Assembly (NCBI GenBank): GCA_047495785.1
Contig: JBLDXI010000009.1
Location: 2,046,001-2,110,000 of the forward strand
From: Lepidodermella squamata
Taxonomy: Eukaryota; Animalia; Gastrotricha
Length of the DNA stretch: 64,000 nucleotides
Direction of reading: 5' to 3'
In this document: piece by piece, positions 51,971 to 64,000 of the stretch
How positions within the stretch are numbered: the stretch's first letter is position 1
How the letters are laid out: the number at the start of each line of letters is the position of its first letter
Program-made: the position numbers and the translations under genes
The notes under the pieces: generated by a model
What the model saw: only the letters and a program-made list of their open reading frames with translations
Database searches by the model: none
What the model was told of the DNA's origin: nothing

Positions 51971-52446
51971 ACAGACCCGTTCACAAACTGATTTCCTTTC
52001 TCCTTGTATGTGATTTTTTTCTGATCGAAGATGCCACTGAAAAAAATGGCCATCTTCAATGGGGCTCGAACCCCGTCCGCCTATTAAACAGGCCGGTATA
52101 ATAGCAACTGCACTATGTTGCCATCATATTTATCTGTCGCTATAAATAGGCTAATTATTGGTTGGTAGTATCTATGAAAGCCATCCGTTTTTTCTGGGTC
52201 AAATGCGGGCATGAGTAACCGACTTGTTTGTTGACGCTTTCATCAATAATGCATTTTTTGCCTTAAAGCCTAATTTATAGGTCACACATTAAGCTTGACG
52301 GCTTAGCCATGTCGATATAATTATCGATGTGTGCGAAGTCAACAAGGGTTCGATTCGACGTGCCGCCATCCCTTTATTCAGTGGCCTCTTTGGCCAGAAA
52401 AAATGACATACAAGGGGAAAAGAAATCAGTTTGTGAACGTGTCTGT
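51971..52446. mobile_element. Palindromic element: ~70-bp inverted repeats enclosing two divergent tRNA-like (Pol III) units
   Basis: 51971-52041 is an imperfect reverse complement of 52377-52446; B boxes GGTTCGAGCCC (minus, ~52063-52073) and GGTTCGATTC (plus, ~52347-52356). Confidence 0.65.
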
Positions 52447-53156
52447 TGTTTTTTGCACTGGCGTGAAGTTACAAGCCAAATTTGGCTGCTGTGAAAACCA
52501 CCGCTGTTATAGACTTGCCGCTTTGTGGGGAAGTTGTTATAGCTCATTGGAGTCGATTGACACCAATTTTGTCAATACCCGGTGCACCTGTCGCGGAAAT
52601 TGAAATAAATAATTGGAATCGATGTTTCGTAATTAATAATTATCAGGTTCAATAAATTAGACGCTGTCACACAAAGTTTTATTGTTAACGACTGGTATTT
52701 ATTGGCGCTGAAATATATCCTGGTCTTATACGACGAATCTTGCTGCAGCTGATCAAAAATTGTGCATAATAGGCAATAATTAACAGCCCTCATACAGCCA
52801 TTACAGAAATAAAATTGAGGCAGACAATAAAAGCACGGCTTATGTACTAGTTTTCCAACCCGAAACGGTCGTACGCACTTTTTTGACTCGGATATTGATT
52901 TCAGATAATCAGTCGTTTGCGATCACCGGCGGCGAGGTGTAATATTAGGTGCCTTTTACGCTTACAGGGATAGAGCTGAAATGAGGGAGCCCGTTGCTCG
53001 TCGGCCAGTGGGCCGCCGCGCCCTATATATAACCGGTGCGGTAATTATATTAATTAATGGTGATACTATAAAATACCGTCAATTACGGTGATTCGGTGTG
53101 CGGCGCGCAGGGAAGAGGGGAGACTCCATTGCTGAAACAACGGCAAAAGCGGTAAC

Positions 53157-54635
53157 ATGAAATATGGAACATATGAGGAAATGCAGGCCATCTCAAAGGT
53201 CTTCAACGACTACTCTCTCAAAAGGCTTCTGAACTTGCTTTTCGAATGTCTCAACGGCGGTGACGAGGTTGAAACCATTCCAGCAGGACTCGTTCTGGTC
53301 ATTTTATGCTCGTCTCGTCTGCAGAAAGCTCTTTCCAACATGTTGGCTAGCCGAGGTCCTACTGCTGTCAAAAACTCCACGAAAAATGCCTTTCTAACGT
53401 CGCTTGCAACTATGCAATATTGCGTCAAGATGAGTGACGCTCGAGATATTTTCAGGCTCATGGTTATTGTTTTTTGCTCAACATTCCGAACATCCCTTTG
53501 CTCCGGAGGCCGTCAAATCGCTCAAGTCGAAACAGGAGGCTATGAGCGTTGCGCCTGTTGGACCTGCCGAAATTCCTGGTGAAGCAGAGCCACCAGAAAA
53601 TGTGGAGAACTGCGAAATGAACTGGTCTGATCCTGACAGTGTGGCCAACAAAGACGAATTGAGGCTAAAAAGGAAACACGACCTATAACGATCAAAGCGG
53701 ATTCTACAAAATGTTTCGAGCTTTATACTGGTGCGAAATCGAAATGGCGGAGGCTGATCTCAACGAGGACGTCGCAGAGCGAAATGAAGACTACGTCGAA
53801 TTCGCCATCTCATCACTGTCGGCTGTATTTGTTCGGCTGTATTTGTTCGCGGACTAGCGGTTAAACGCTTGTAAGTTATTTTGGGTGTGACCACGAAATT
53901 CCTTTCATCTCTGGCGAAAAATGTGAAATGGCCTCAGCTCACTCAAAATAAATCCGGCATATAAGGCTGTGTGATTTTCTAGATCCCCTTGATCAGTACT
54001 TTCCATCGATACAATTGTTGTGGGAATTGGTGCTATCGATTTTGATGATCGATGATCGATAATTGGCGATATTGCAATTTTCTCCGATTTTAGCGATAAT
54101 ACATGATAATGTATGATTGTTTTTATGCGATATGGCATCTTCTATACGCAGGTGGGTTTGCGCCCTCTCTACGTCATGCTTGGCCACACCCTCTTCGAAA
54201 ATCAACAAATTTCTGAAATTACATGACGTTTTAGGAATGAAGAATTGAAAGCCCTTGATTTCATTTTTTCCATTATTCTTCAAATTTTCCAATATTTTCA
54301 AAAAATGATTTGTTTTTTTCAGCAATGCTCCGGAAGCTCCAGGTCACTATACCAAGGGTTTAGTGGAGTGGAACATGAACGATGTCAAGAATAGCGATCT
54401 CAGCGGTCGCAAAAATGACACGGCTTGCCAAGTCGTTCGCAAGTTGCGTCGAGAAGTTGAAGGCCGCCTCCTTGAGGTAGATTTGCCTGAAGCGGTGGCA
54501 ACCACAGCTACTACGAATAAAGAACGCGACTTGGATGAAGTCGAGGAAGAATTCGAAAAAGGACTTCGAAAGCCACGGAAGGCTACTCAAATTATCAAAA
54601 CCATCAAGCGCAATCGGGCTGCTCGTTCCAGGTAA
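53157..54635 (+). pseudogene. Frameshifted MULE/NOF-like transposase fragment
   Basis: AISKVFNDYSLKRLLNLLFECLNG...LCSSRLQKA (CxxH position reads R), later HYTKGLVEWNMNDVKN (T..vE....K, third catalytic residue region); several frameshifts. Confidence 0.55.
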
Positions 54636-55977
54636 TCAAAGTTGGCTGCGCGGTTTTCCAGTTACAGGGCGTCTATGTATATGTGTGGAGAGTAGAAGAT
54701 GAAGTCATTGGGAATTCGAAAGCCGATCGATTCATCATCGCTTCGAAACCAGATGATCAGCTACTAGTGGAACCGTTGGATTTGAGCTGATCCGCAGCGG
54801 TTCCGGATGGGACTTCGAATTCGCTTCGATTGGCTGAATTCGCTTCGGCATCACTCGAAGAAGCTGCAACTACACCTGGAACTCTGAATCCCTCTCGCTC
54901 GAATGCTCCTGCTAATGATGAATTCGAAGAATGGAAAATAGCTTCCGAAACTTCGGATTAAAACAGTTCCTCCACTAGCTGAAAGGCTTGCTGCTCATCT
55001 TAAAAGGAAAGTTGGACGGCGGAATTTATGTTCGGCAAAACGGAGGCTCGTATTCTGAGGTGCCCGTAGCACCTAGTTCCGTTTCGAGTAATAAGTTTTA
55101 TTGATTCGACAGCATCGTCAATTGTCTCGCTCATATTGATCCGGATAATTTCTGCGGATCAGAATTACAGCCCTTTGAACCTCCATGTAATCAATGGTTT
55201 CGAACCTCCATTTGCTGATCTCATCAACAATGCTCCTCCAAAGTTGGAGCATATGCGATGGCTTCGAGTTGGTTTTCAGCTTCAATAGATAACGCGATCA
55301 GTCTCAAACGTATTTATTTTTAGGTACTCGCTTCATGCTTGCGTTCTATTTAGTAGTGCTTCGAAGCATTACGTCTCGCTGAGAATTATGGAAGGCGCGC
55401 CTTACGATCTTTATCTCCTCGACGACCTTCGTCACGACACGGAAAATCAGCCTAATTGGGTTAGGGTTCCCAGAGGAACGGGTGTCCTCAAGGGATACGA
55501 GGGCTATTTCGCAAAATTGCTGTTGCCCAAAATCAAAAGTTGTTGAAACAGCAGCTTTCTCGGCGCAGTTGATTTCGCAAAATTCCTATGCGGCACGGTA
55601 TGGAGAAATAAATTTGGATTTTCTCGATAAAGACTCTGACTCCGATTCGAAAATCGATTCGGGGAATCCGACTACTTCAGGTTTGTTCAAGCTACTATTT
55701 TCCCGGTGCCACTCACTAGCCTAATAAAAATTATTTGAAATCTGACATTCGAAATCTGAAATTCTCTTACATTTTTGTCAATTGTATTTTTACTACTTGC
55801 TGCAATCGTCATCTCAACGCTCAAGTCCTCTTCCAAATATTTATTTTCAGCTGGTCTAGTTTCCTCCGTTCAAAGTCCGGAAGTGAGCGCTGATGTGGCT
55901 ACTGGCACCTGTGCTGTACGAATCGCACCTCACGCCAGTCGATCATTCAAGATTATCGTGAAATCCAACCTGAGAAG

Positions 55978-57094
55978 TTGTCGTGTCAGACCTGCGGGAA
56001 GATTTACAAAAAGAAAGCCTGGCTTGCGAAACACGAGGCCAAACACGCTGCCCTGAACAAAAATTTGATTGCGAGATTAGCGGACGAATCTGACAATGAA
56101 GTCGATAAAAGTTTTCGAGAAAGACTGCAGCAAATGATGTTTGAGACGAAAAATCCACCTCCTGTTGAGCCAAATGATATTTTGACCTGGGCTACAACAG
56201 AGCCTCGTTTCATCGATCCAAGTGACAGTGCTGGAGCCTTCATTTGGCCGGATAATGGCGGTCGCGATAGCCTCCAAGTTGTTACCAAAGCAACTGTTGC
56301 TTTAGATAGCATCGCGTTGGCTTTATTCGACACCAAAGATTTCCTATACGACGGCCCTTTGAAGAACTATCTGCGAGCTCATCGCGGTTCTCGTCTGCAG
56401 GACATACACAAGAACAGGGCCGAATTTGTGAAGCATACTTTCCCTGAAGTTGCTCATATTCGAGGAGGCGACTGTGTTGTTTACGACCTGGGAATGTTAT
56501 CTTTGATCGACGTTTGCCGAACCATCTTTCAGCGCCAAAACTGCGGATTGCTCCATGGAATCACACGTTTCTACAATCCAGTGTTGGTAGTCGAAAGCGC
56601 GGAAAACGACCCGTTTGTTGATATAACATTCTGGAAAATTTTATCGCGCTTGAATTTCACCGATTATTTTAGATTTCGAGAAGACGCCGAACAGTCCCTT
56701 CACTCTTCCTTCTTACCCTTACTCTTCTTACTCTTCCCGTGCCGGTTATAGCAATTGGCATAGTGCCGCCGATCGCAATCCCCGACGTATTCCGAGGCGA
56801 ACGATGATGCTCCAGTTCCAAGCAACTCGGTATAGCTCCTAAATGCTAATTGGTCGCAATTTCATGAGACTTTTTTCAATTATTAATCAGGTACCGCCTA
56901 TATCGTCTGTCATCGCCAAAGAAGTGGATAGCTCACGTTTGGCAGTCATAAAACCCGGCGAGAGGGGCCTCGATGTCTGCGTGCCCAATGAAAAGAGAAA
57001 AATCCTCGTCAGAGAAGACCGCGTCGAAGTCTGCGACATCCGATTTGATCTTTGGCATCCAAAGATGCTCATTTTCGCCTTAGTCGTCGACTAG
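55978..57094 (+). CDS. Transposon-borne ORF: C2H2 zinc finger followed by a globular domain; spliced, start uncertain
   Basis: CQTCGKIYKKKAWLAKHEAKH is a canonical C2H2; long open frame to ~56620 and further exon-like segments to 57094, all inside the TIRs. Confidence 0.5.
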
Positions 57095-57735
57095 AAATTG
57101 ATCACCAAATTTGCTTCCAAATGCGAGACAAAATTAGTCAAATTATAATTGTCTTATTTGTGTGCTCAACTTTTTAATCAAACATGTTTTCGAAGTCGAG
57201 GTACTTCAGCAATCATGTCTCTCATGTGGAAATGAAAAATAAATTTCGATTTTAAGGTTTGATTTGGTACGAAAACTTTTTTGATGACGGAGATACAGGT
57301 GTGTGGATTATTAATTATGCCGTTTTTCAGCCCAACTTTTTGATGAATAAGAAGCATCGAATCGCTAAATGAATACTATAACAAGATTCAGCATAGTCGA
57401 ATTAATTACTCCTGAAAGACTGGCACTCATAACAGTTGTACCAAGCACAGAAGCTTTAAACAATGTCTCGAAACACCCTATTTTAATGAAAAGTGTCCCG
57501 AACTGGGCCATAACGTTTCCAATCTAAAATTTGACGCTGCCACGAGAATCAGCAGGGTCGAAATAAACCCTCATAACAGTCAACTGAGCACGAAAAGCCA
57601 CATAATAACCGCAAAAGCTATAAGAAAATTGTGTTGTGGACACCCTAAAACTTCAAGCCACAAGCCAAATTTGACTTCTGAGCGACAGGTGCACCAGGTA
57701 TTGACAAAATTGGTGTCAATCGACCAGTGACTTTG

Positions 57736-57754
57736 ATTTGATTTGATTTGATTT
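57736..57754. repeat. (GATTT)4 microsatellite next to the right TIR
   Basis: gatttgatttgatttgattt. Confidence 0.7.
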
Positions 57755-58586
57755 CTTCAATTGGAACAGTGAATGAGAAAACATGGAAGAAGAGGAAGAA
57801 ATGCCGGTGTTTTTGTGACTGCAGTTACTTTTTTAGACGTATGCTTACATGAATTGCTTTGTCTTTTGGTTTACTTGTTATACTTCTGTTTTGCAAGCAT
57901 GGTGAGAAAATATGTTTTCGTCATTTGTACGTGATTGTTACCTGATGGCTTTGAAGAGAGACCGAGTTAATAAACAAAAGTTATGGGCACCATCAGTTTT
58001 TTCGACATCCACATTTTTTTCCTACAGTCGCTGCGCGCAGGAACATGGATTATATTAGTGCGCCAAATACTTGCCGCGCGTATGTATATAATTTATTATC
58101 ACTAATAATAGCCGCAGTGCTCGTCTACACGCGCGTACTATCAATTGTAGTTTGACCCCTGAACGACCGCACAGCATCTGGGTACTACGTTGAAGGCGAA
58201 GTAATGAGCCAGGCATTTACAACCACAAGGCTTTGTACACACCCAGCTTTGCCTTTTTCTTATGATAAAATGGCAACAGACATTGTGGTATTGATCGTCT
58301 ATACACTGCTTGAATGAGCAGTACACTACAGGCGCTTGTTGTACGCAATGAATTGTTATACAAACTAAATCGCGGCTGATATTTTTCATTCATAAAATAT
58401 TGATTGTACAGACATTTCTGCCAATCACGCTGCATATTTTAAGCTGGTGTTTTTTCATTTTTGAATTTTAATTAATTCTTTTAGGCCAGTATTATACAAG
58501 CCAATCCCGGAAAGGTCATGAGGTCTGCATTTCCTGAATGCTAATGTGTTCTCGTTCAACTTTTGACTCACGACTCGAAAGTTAAA

Positions 58587-61500
58587 ATGGCAGCTTTTAA
58601 TGTCAAACTGCTGATTTTTCTGGGGTTGAGCTCGCACGCAACAAGGGCTGATTCGAATCGAAGTGAACCCGTGTCGAACTGTGGCAATGTGGACTGCTTG
58701 ATGTTAAATCAGGCAATTGTCGAAGGACATGATTTTTTTCTCGCAAAATTCGCATCGAAAGACAAAGCCTCTCTACGTGATGCAGGTTACTGGATTCGGC
58801 TCAAAACCTGCCATGTCGAAGTTCCGTGCAGTAATTGCACTTATTACAACATCACTGAGTCTTTGCATTGTAAGTTATATACCGAGAAAAATTGTCGGAT
58901 AACTGTAAAGTTTTTTACGCATAGGCTCTTCAAATGCGCGTTTACCATGCGACAAACTGGCTGGGAATGAAGGCGAAGAATTCGTGTTCTTCACAAAAGG
59001 CAGCACTAGCTTAGCATCGCCAGGAATGGCTGGTCCATGTTCTTTCGAAAATTGGTTGCAATTGCTACAGAAATGCAACATCGATTGCAATAAAGCGAAT
59101 AGTGAGAGATGAAAAATCAGAACTTGGATAATAATTTCTCGTGAAATTTTTTCAGCTTGTTGCGTGACAACTACATCGAAAACCACATCGACCACAACGA
59201 CGGAGAGAATCAGGCCTTATCCAACCCCGACACCTCCTGCTCCTATAGTACCACCGGACGCAAAATGTGGTCATGTTTGTAACAGTGATTGCTTCTCGGC
59301 TCGTTTCAAAGCCGCGAGTGAAGGTAGAATTTTCCATTTTAACGAGTTTTCCCAGTGATAGTTTGCTATCAATAGTATTTTTGGGAATTTTACCTGGGCC
59401 TACAACCTCGATTCAAGTTGAATGCATTCTAAAAACGTCCCAATCATACGCATCGTGGCAATATTCTGTTATTGGTAAAACATTTTCATTTTCTCTGATT
59501 AATTTTGTTAGTGGATTAATTGTTTTTAGGACCGTTATCTTGCAGCAACACATCGATTCCTCGTGAAAAAATTACTCACGTCTTTTTTGCCAGCGCATCC
59601 GCTTTCTTGTATAAACCCGGGTTTATTAAGCTTACTTCTGATCCGATTCCAATACAAACTGCCGATGCTTGGCTAACCGCCACCAGTTATTGCGGTTTAC
59701 CTGCCCAGCCCCAATTTCCATCAAAGTACACCACAGTATCGCGTAAGGAGTCCTAAACTACACAAAACGGCTGTTTAGGTGAATTTTTGAATGTCTAGCG
59801 TTCTGTTGCCTCAAGAAGCCGAGCGCTTGTAGCAATGAAGTTTCGGTTGAAGAAATCAAAGACAAAAACTTGCGTTATTCAACGCCTGTTCCGCCATCCA
59901 CTCCAGCTACGATTTCCCAACAGTGCTCCGAAAATTCTTGCCCTTTCGAACTTTGCGATAGCGACTGCTTCAAAACCAGATTTGATGCTTCGAGTGAAGG
60001 TAGCTAAGCGAAAAGCTTGCAATACAATTGATATATTTAGTTTTACTTTTTTACAGTCTTTCTCGCCGAAAATTTGCTTCATGGCCAAAATTCAGTGACC
60101 ATTTATTGCTGGCTTAGACGTTCGTTAGAGCTCAATCATACCGTCTCTTTCAGCGGTAAGGTTTTATTGCAATTATTTTCTAGGTCAATCGATCGATTTT
60201 TCTTAGGATCTTCTCATGTCGATTCACGATGTTTCTCTGCTATGTCTATATCTAACCTGGGACAAGGACCTTACATGTTTTTCGCAAACAGAAGTTCGAT
60301 AGCGAACCAAACCGTCGTTTTGATGACTGCGAAACCTATTGCTGTTTCATCTTACATGGCTTGGCGAGAAGTAACGAGTTTAGCTGGAATTAACCCTGAA
60401 CCAACCTCGGAATTCATGCCATGTTAGTATTGAAATTGATTGAAATTTTTCATGTGTTTTATGAACCCATTTTTTCAGTTGGTTCGTGCTCCAAAAACCC
60501 AGTGAAACATTTGGATGACGTCAGTGTTGCTAAACTGGGAGAGCTGAATAACGTGCCATGCACTGGAAATTCGAATAGTCTAAACGAAAGGTTCAGCGGA
60601 GTCGCGTCTCAGACGAAACGAGCAGTAGTTTGGGCTAAAATCTCAAATACAGGAAATTCTACGAATTTATCACCTGAATGCGCGTTGAACTTGCAGTCGA
60701 TTGATCCTAACTTCAATCTTTCCCTAAGTGCCGGCAGTTGCTTCTGGGTAAACGAAAATATCACCGGATTTTCTGTTGTTGCTGTGGATTTCGATTCTTC
60801 GAAAAATGCGATTCTATCTAGTGAACCTCTAGAGATTAAAGCAGCAGACGCATGGCTTGCGATATCTCAACTTTGCTCGCTGCGGAATGTTAAGCAAACC
60901 GGCAAAAGCTGTCCGTTGATTCCGGATGAACGTGGTTGTTTTTTCGATCTAAATGCCCACGAAACCACCCAGCCTGATTTCAGCCTCGCTCGAAAAAGTG
61001 ATTGAGAAACAGTTTCATTCACAATTTTACTAATTTTGCCAATTTAGGGGTGAAATGCAAGAGCTTGGCTGTTGATTCATATCGTGAGCGGGTTCTAATG
61101 TCTGATATCATCTTCTACGGCCACGTAAAATCGTTGAACTATTCGGATCGCTCGTTGAAATTTACGCCAGAATGCTCACTTCAAACTAGCCCTGGTTCAA
61201 AGTTTTCTGCGGAAACAATCAGAATTGCTGGTAAGTAGGACAAACAATATTTGGCGTTAGAAAAGTTTGCAATATTTGAAGTTCCTCCTGAATTCGACGG
61301 CTGTTTCGATTTCGACGACAGCGCTGTTCTTCAGAATAAATCCTTCATTATGTTCACGGATAAGAATTTCCGGTTATCAGCGCGAGAAATCGAAATTACT
61401 GACCAAAAGCAGATCCAGATCTTCGCTAGTACGTGCGGTACTTCCATTGACGGATGCAAGGCCTTGATCGATCCACACGAGGGTTGCTTTCAAGACCTGA

Positions 61501-63277
61501 ACATCTCTTCAGTTTTCACCTCGCCAGTCGCACTCCCGGCAATTATAAAACCGTCTTGCTGTCAAAACATGACGAACAATTTTTCGAAGGAAATATTCGA
61601 CATCGCGGATCAAATTGTTTGGGCAACGATAAATTCTATCGAAATTCTGACGTTGCCTAACGCCAAAGCGAAAAGTGACCGCCTCATTGGTCTAGGGTTT
61701 ACGGGGCGCTGTTATATGAAACATGTAGCCGAAGCAGACAATGCTTTAACCGCGATAAGTAAGAATTTTATTGTCAAGATGAAAGTCTAGTGATTTTGCG
61801 TTTTTTTCAGTCAATCAAGGGTCATTATCAGGGCCTATTCATGCAGGCGTCGATTACATTTTTGTGCTGCAGCGATTGAAAAATTCACCCTGGAAAAGTA
61901 TGACTTATGAAGTAATCGCTACGCCAATTACCGCGTCGAAGTTGATTTGGCAACAATTTTGCTCGATATGCGGAATTTCCCCTACAAATCGATACAATCA
62001 ACAAAATTCTCCTGGCAGCGAGAGATGCGGAGGCCCTTGGAGTTGTCAGTTGATTTCGAGCCAAGTTCAGAAAAACTGTTTACCCAATGTCGATTTATCA
62101 AATACGAGTAATTCATGCATAGCAAAATCTGACAACTTCACGTTGAGAATGGAGGCGGTTCCCAACGACCCTGCTGTGATTTTTGGCGAAGTCATTTCGT
62201 CAAAAACAGTCGAAGAGAATAGCGACTCCGATAAAGTTGGGGCGAATTTATTGGCAATTTTCCCTCTGAAGAATGAAAATCACGAGGCTCAAAGCATCAT
62301 TTTCAAGCCAATTTGTCAAATCTCCGGTGAATCTAAGCCATCGACGTCTTTAATCCACATTTCATGTAAAACAAATCTAAATTTTTAAATTTATATTAAA
62401 AAATAATTTTTGTTAAGATTTCGAATGCGACTGTTTCTACAACAACTCGTTTGATTTTTCATCTGGACAGCGTTATCTGATTTTCATGAATTCTCATATC
62501 GGAGCGATGACTGCGATGCCAATACCAATAGATGACCAGGGTATCAGATTGGTCGGCAATAGCTGCTCTATACGCCCGCCCGCCTTCGCAATCTCCCCGG
62601 AATATGCCGAAAAATACGAATCTATTTGCCCAACGTACGCACCTCCTCCCAGTCGATGCAATTATTCGCTACTCGTTGAAGATGTTATCAAAATGCCTCC
62701 GAGATCTCAGTCTTTCACATCACTCCCGTGGTGGTTCATCGGAATCATTGTTTTAGGGTCTAGCCTGGCGTTACTTCTCGCGTTTGGGACTTATCGATTC
62801 GTCATTTACAGAGCTAGAAAACGGGCACAGCAAGCAGTTTTCACGGCCGAGCCCTCTGAAAGACGAGTCAATAGTGACCGCAGCCCTTTGTTTATGAGCG
62901 AAGTTGAGGAAGAAGACATTCCTTCACTTTCAAGGCAACTTCACTCGAGCGCCGATGCGATTAATACCGCCGCTCCTTCAGCTGGTCGGTTTGGAGGTAG
63001 CGGCGAGGTTGGCCTTGTTTCAGTCCGGCGGATTAGGGCTGCTAGTGATACTGACTTCGACGATTTTTTCGGAATCGCTGATAGTCAAAGTCGTTTGATC
63101 GCTGAAAGCGAGACTATATCGCCGAGTCAAAATCCTGTTATTTTCAGGCCTGTTCAGAGCCAGAAATTGAGCCGAAGATCAAGCGGGCGAAAATTGCAGA
63201 TATCAATGCCTGAATCGAATGATAATCAGGTAGCTGGAACCTCCGAAGTCTTGCCTGATCAAAATGATCAAACTTGA
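58587..63277 (+). CDS. Type I membrane protein with about seven tandem cysteine-rich NtA/TIMP(NTR)-like domains
   Basis: Signal peptide MAAFNVKLLIFLGLSSHATRA; ~13 exons; repeated unit C...R....IF.G.V...C.L...C...Y/FIF...PI....W...C; TM WWFIGIIVLGSSLALLLAFGTY then RARKR; ~150-aa Ser-rich tail. Confidence 0.8.
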
Positions 63278-64000
63278 TAGAGCTTCAACTTTTTGTGCAC
63301 ACAATTTTTACTATCGTTTGTTACCCCTGCGAATAAATCGGAATTTTAACTCATGCCTGTACGTAAAGCTTTTGCCTACTGAAATTCAACTCGAACTAGA
63401 TAAAGTCAACTCAAAATATGTAAGTACAAGCTAGAAGTCAGCTTCGAATAATTCTACAATTTTCTATCATTCATTCCCTATGTCTAGGTGTTGAAATAAC
63501 GCATAATATTCGCAATGGAAACTTTATTTTAAAATGGCTTTTGCACTTCATTGACTGTTGAACGCGGTAAACATCGTTCTTCTAAGTTTTATGAACGGCA
63601 CATGAGTATAAAAATTGCGGTCCAACAACAAATTGAGGTTGTTTGAAAAAAGGATTTCCCAAACTGAAGGCACACGTTCAAATAGCGATGCAGTTCTTCC
63701 TTTTTCCTGCAAAAATAGGTAGGTTATATAAACCGCTAAGGATTGCTCCAAGACATCACAGGCGTCGCAGCAGCATTATGATCATTTGTTCGAAGTTTTC
63801 GCTCTTTCGGAATTCGTTGACTCGTTATGCGAGTGTTTAGCCGAATTCATCGGCTTGTGGCTATCACCAGATTCAGCCAAAATATCGCGATCGACTTCCC
63901 ATAACGCGATTTCTTTTTCTTTCACTGCTTTCTGAAAATTGACATGATTCAATTACTGAATTTTTCAGGATGAGATCAACTCACCATGACGCATTCTTGA

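Larger units (their letters stand above)
52552..57724 (+). mobile_element. Decayed ~5.2 kb DNA transposon with 43-bp TIRs, Mutator/NOF-FB-like
   Basis: gtcgattgacaccaattttgtcaataccYggtgcacctgtcgc at 52552-52594 and inverted at 57682-57724 (one mismatch); internal fragmented transposase-like ORFs. No clear target duplication. Confidence 0.7.

Noticed and set aside
52046-52124. Functional tRNA gene
   Set aside because: Anticodon loop size and acceptor stem are non-canonical; better described as tRNA-derived.
57770-58480. Small gene (Cys-rich ORF 58141..58389 on minus, or short exons on plus)
   Set aside because: No consistent spliced frame, signal peptide or known cysteine pattern could be built on either strand.
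63961-64000. Acceptor plus ATG (MRSTHHDAFL) at the window edge
   Set aside because: Only 10 codons visible; cannot be supported as a gene start.

Overview
Gene-dense window from a compact animal genome with GT-AG introns of about 45-60 nt; not prokaryotic. Recognisable spliced genes: ECT2, LAMTOR1, MAEL, MAP2K7 (minus); MKS1 plus two tandem Ly6/uPAR (three-finger) genes (plus); MTREX and UPF2 (minus); ACAA2 and ATXN2 (plus); a small membrane-protein gene and HS2ST1 (minus); a co-oriented run RPL28, endophilin B, PPIL3, DOLPP1, SNAPIN and a MAP3K2/3-like kinase (plus); and a large type I membrane protein with about seven tandem NtA/TIMP-like domains. Mobile DNA: a TA-flanked MITE, a decayed LINE fragment abutting (TTAGGG)n, a head-to-head pair of tRNA-like units inside inverted repeats, and a decayed ~5.2 kb Mutator/NOF-like element with TIRs. 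Most notable: operon-like packing with unpaired splice acceptors just before start codons (suggesting SL trans-splicing); two GPI-type Ly6 proteins with a furin site inside finger III; the multi-NtA receptor; an SH3-less endophilin B; and atypical motifs in both MAPK-cascade kinases. All exon structures were assembled by eye and family calls rest on remembered motifs, not database searches.
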